From Thermoleophilia bacterium (GTDB lineage: Bacteria; Actinomycetota; Thermoleophilia; Gaiellales; JAICJC01), in the NCBI GenBank assembly GCA_025934255.1, contig JAICYJ010000010.1:6379-70378 (forward strand): 64,000 nucleotides of DNA, given 5' to 3'. Below, piece after piece: positions 62,815 to 64,000 of the stretch (position 1 is its first letter; each line of letters opens with the position of its first letter). The notes under the pieces are model-generated. The model was given only the letters and a program-made list of their open reading frames with translations, was not told where the DNA came from and ran no database searches. The position numbers and the translations under genes were made by a program.

Positions 62815-63278
62815 TGGTGCTCGCGATCCGCCCCGACAGCTGGAACTTCCCGCTGCTGCTGCACGTCGGCGGCGCGATGCTCCTGGTCGCCTCGATCACG
62901 GTCGCGATCGTGGCCTTCGTGCAGTCCTGGCGCGAGTCGGATCCCGAGGGCTCCGCCCGGCTGTTCCGGTTCGGCGCTCTCACGATGTTCTATGCGGCCC
63001 TGCCCGCCTTCATCGTGATGCGCGGCGCCGCCCAGTGGATCGTGTCCAAGGAGCACCTCGAGAACTCGAACGTGAGCTGGATCGGCATCGGCTTTGGAAC
63101 GTCCGACCTCAGCGGCCTGATCCTGATCGTGACGTTGGTCCTGACCGGCATCGCGCTTCGCCGCTCACGGCGGGGCGGCGGCCTCGGCAAGCTAGCCAAG
63201 GTCGGCGGCGCCCTGCCGCTGCTGCTGATGGCGCTCTACCTCGTCGCCATCTGGGCGATGACGACCAAGCCCAGCTGA
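62811..63278 (+). CDS. DUF2269-like integral membrane protein (second, tandem)
   Basis: ATGA overlap with the upstream stop. …NFPLLLHVGGAMLLVASITVAIV… with 4 TM segments. Confidence 0.6.
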   Translation: MMVLAIRPDSWNFPLLLHVGGAMLLVASITVAIVAFVQSWRESDPEGSARLFRFGALTMFYAALPAFIVMRGAAQWIVSKEHLENSNVSWIGIGFGTSDLSGLILIVTLVLTGIALRRSRRGGGLGKLAKVGGALPLLLMALYLVAIWAMTTKPS

Positions 63279-64000
63279 TCAGGCCGAGGCCTCGGCGGGC
63301 TGGTCGGCAAGCTTGACGACCTCGCGCAGGAACGGCACCTCACGGTCGTCCTGCTGCTCGAACTGCTCCGCATAGCGGTGGCCGTCCCACACCGCGGCGG
63401 CGATCGTGGCCGGACACCACGCGTCGCCGATGGCGCGAACGGCGCCCGCCCCCGTCTCTTGCAGTGCGGCGACCAGGCTGTCGCGCGGGTCGCGCGCCGT
63501 CACCAGCACCAGCGCGTCGCAGCCGACCGGGTGCTCGCGCTCGGTATACGTACAGCCCAGCAGCACCTCTCCGCCGCCGCCGCCCGCGACCGTGTGCGTC
63601 GTTCGGATCTCGACGTCCAGCTCCAGCAGCCGGCGCTGGATGCGATCCTGCTCCATCGTGTTCACGGTCCACTCCGACACGCGCGCGGCCGGGGTGACCA
63701 GGGTCACGCGGCGGCCCTCCCGCACCAGCAGCTCGGCCAGCACCCCGCCCATGTAGTAGTGATCGTCGTCGTAGATGACAACACGCTCGCCGTCCGGGCG
63801 GACGCCGTCCATCAGGTCGTCGGGCGTCAGCAGCGGCAGGTCGCCGAAGTCGACCGGGGTTGTGTGCCGGCGCCCGGTGCCGTCGCGCCGCCAGCCGGCG
63901 CCGGTCGCGATCGCGACGTGGTCGAACCCGTAGGAGACGATCTCCTCGGCCGTCAGCTCGCTGTTGAACGCCAGCTCCACGTTGGCCAGCTTGCGCAGCT
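63279..64000 (-). CDS. C-terminal part of a 2,4-dienoyl-CoA reductase / amine dehydrogenase-type flavoprotein oxidoreductase (partial, runs off the window end)
   Basis: …FDHVAIATGAGWRRDG…VVIYDDDHYYMGGVLAELL…VTLVTPA… are FAD/NAD(P) domains typical of this family. The reading frame is open to position 64000. Confidence 0.65.
   Translation of the reverse strand, partial: LRKLANVELAFNSELTAEEIVSYGFDHVAIATGAGWRRDGTGRRHTTPVDFGDLPLLTPDDLMDGVRPDGERVVIYDDDHYYMGGVLAELLVREGRRVTLVTPAARVSEWTVNTMEQDRIQRRLLELDVEIRTTHTVAGGGGGEVLLGCTYTEREHPVGCDALVLVTARDPRDSLVAALQETGAGAVRAIGDAWCPATIAAAVWDGHRYAEQFEQQDDREVPFLREVVKLADQPAEASA

Overview
Very GC-rich, gene-dense bacterial chromosomal segment. GC3-biased codons, many 4-nt ATGA/GTGA stop-start overlaps and many leaderless-looking starts suggest an Actinomycetota-type genome; this taxonomic guess is inference only. 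I support about 60 protein genes and one tRNA-Ala(UGC). I see no rRNA, CRISPR array, intact IS element or prophage.

Main content, in order:
- Envelope genes at the left edge.
- A RayT/IS200-like Y1 transposase homolog preceded by REP-like hairpins.
- A 1171-aa secreted protein built from 11 tandem Asp-box/Ig-like repeats.
- yjbQ and an orphan argF.
- Two tandem PotA-D-B-C type polyamine ABC operons, plus a third orphan PotD-like binding protein at 61 kb.
- Leu/Val dehydrogenase coupled to a rhomboid protease.
- A Zn-ribbon/coiled-coil protein and a GT-C-like membrane protein.
- A small tRNA-Ala-associated islet.
- A co-directional string: family-5 SBP, PHP, alpha-oxoamine synthase, PAS-GGDEF-EAL, MFS.
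- A secreted HExxH protease, a CoA-transferase and two group II PLP decarboxylases.
- YciI plus an extended sigma factor, a flavin reductase, an ABC-F ATPase and a LysR regulator.
- A polyphosphate cluster: CYTH-CHAD, SixA-like, Ppx/GppA, Ppk1.
- An MFS-cNMP fusion, a GAF-GGDEF sensor, 2-oxoacid dehydrogenase E1 alpha/beta, an IDH3-like isocitrate dehydrogenase with a C-terminal extension, and CBS, PhyH and DUF2269-like proteins.

Best candidates for something undescribed:
1. A tightly coupled five-gene operon (48187-51065): FTCD-C-like protein, ECF-type sigma, 88-aa protein, signal-less S8 subtilase, GAF protein.
2. The adjacent 76-aa His/Arg/acidic triple-repeat microprotein.
3. A 630-bp islet bounded by tRNA-Ala and a 33-nt copy of its 3' half.
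4. The REP-like hairpin family next to the Y1 transposase homolog, with a 20-nt exact copy 36 kb away.

All functional calls rest on motif recognition by eye. No database search was run.
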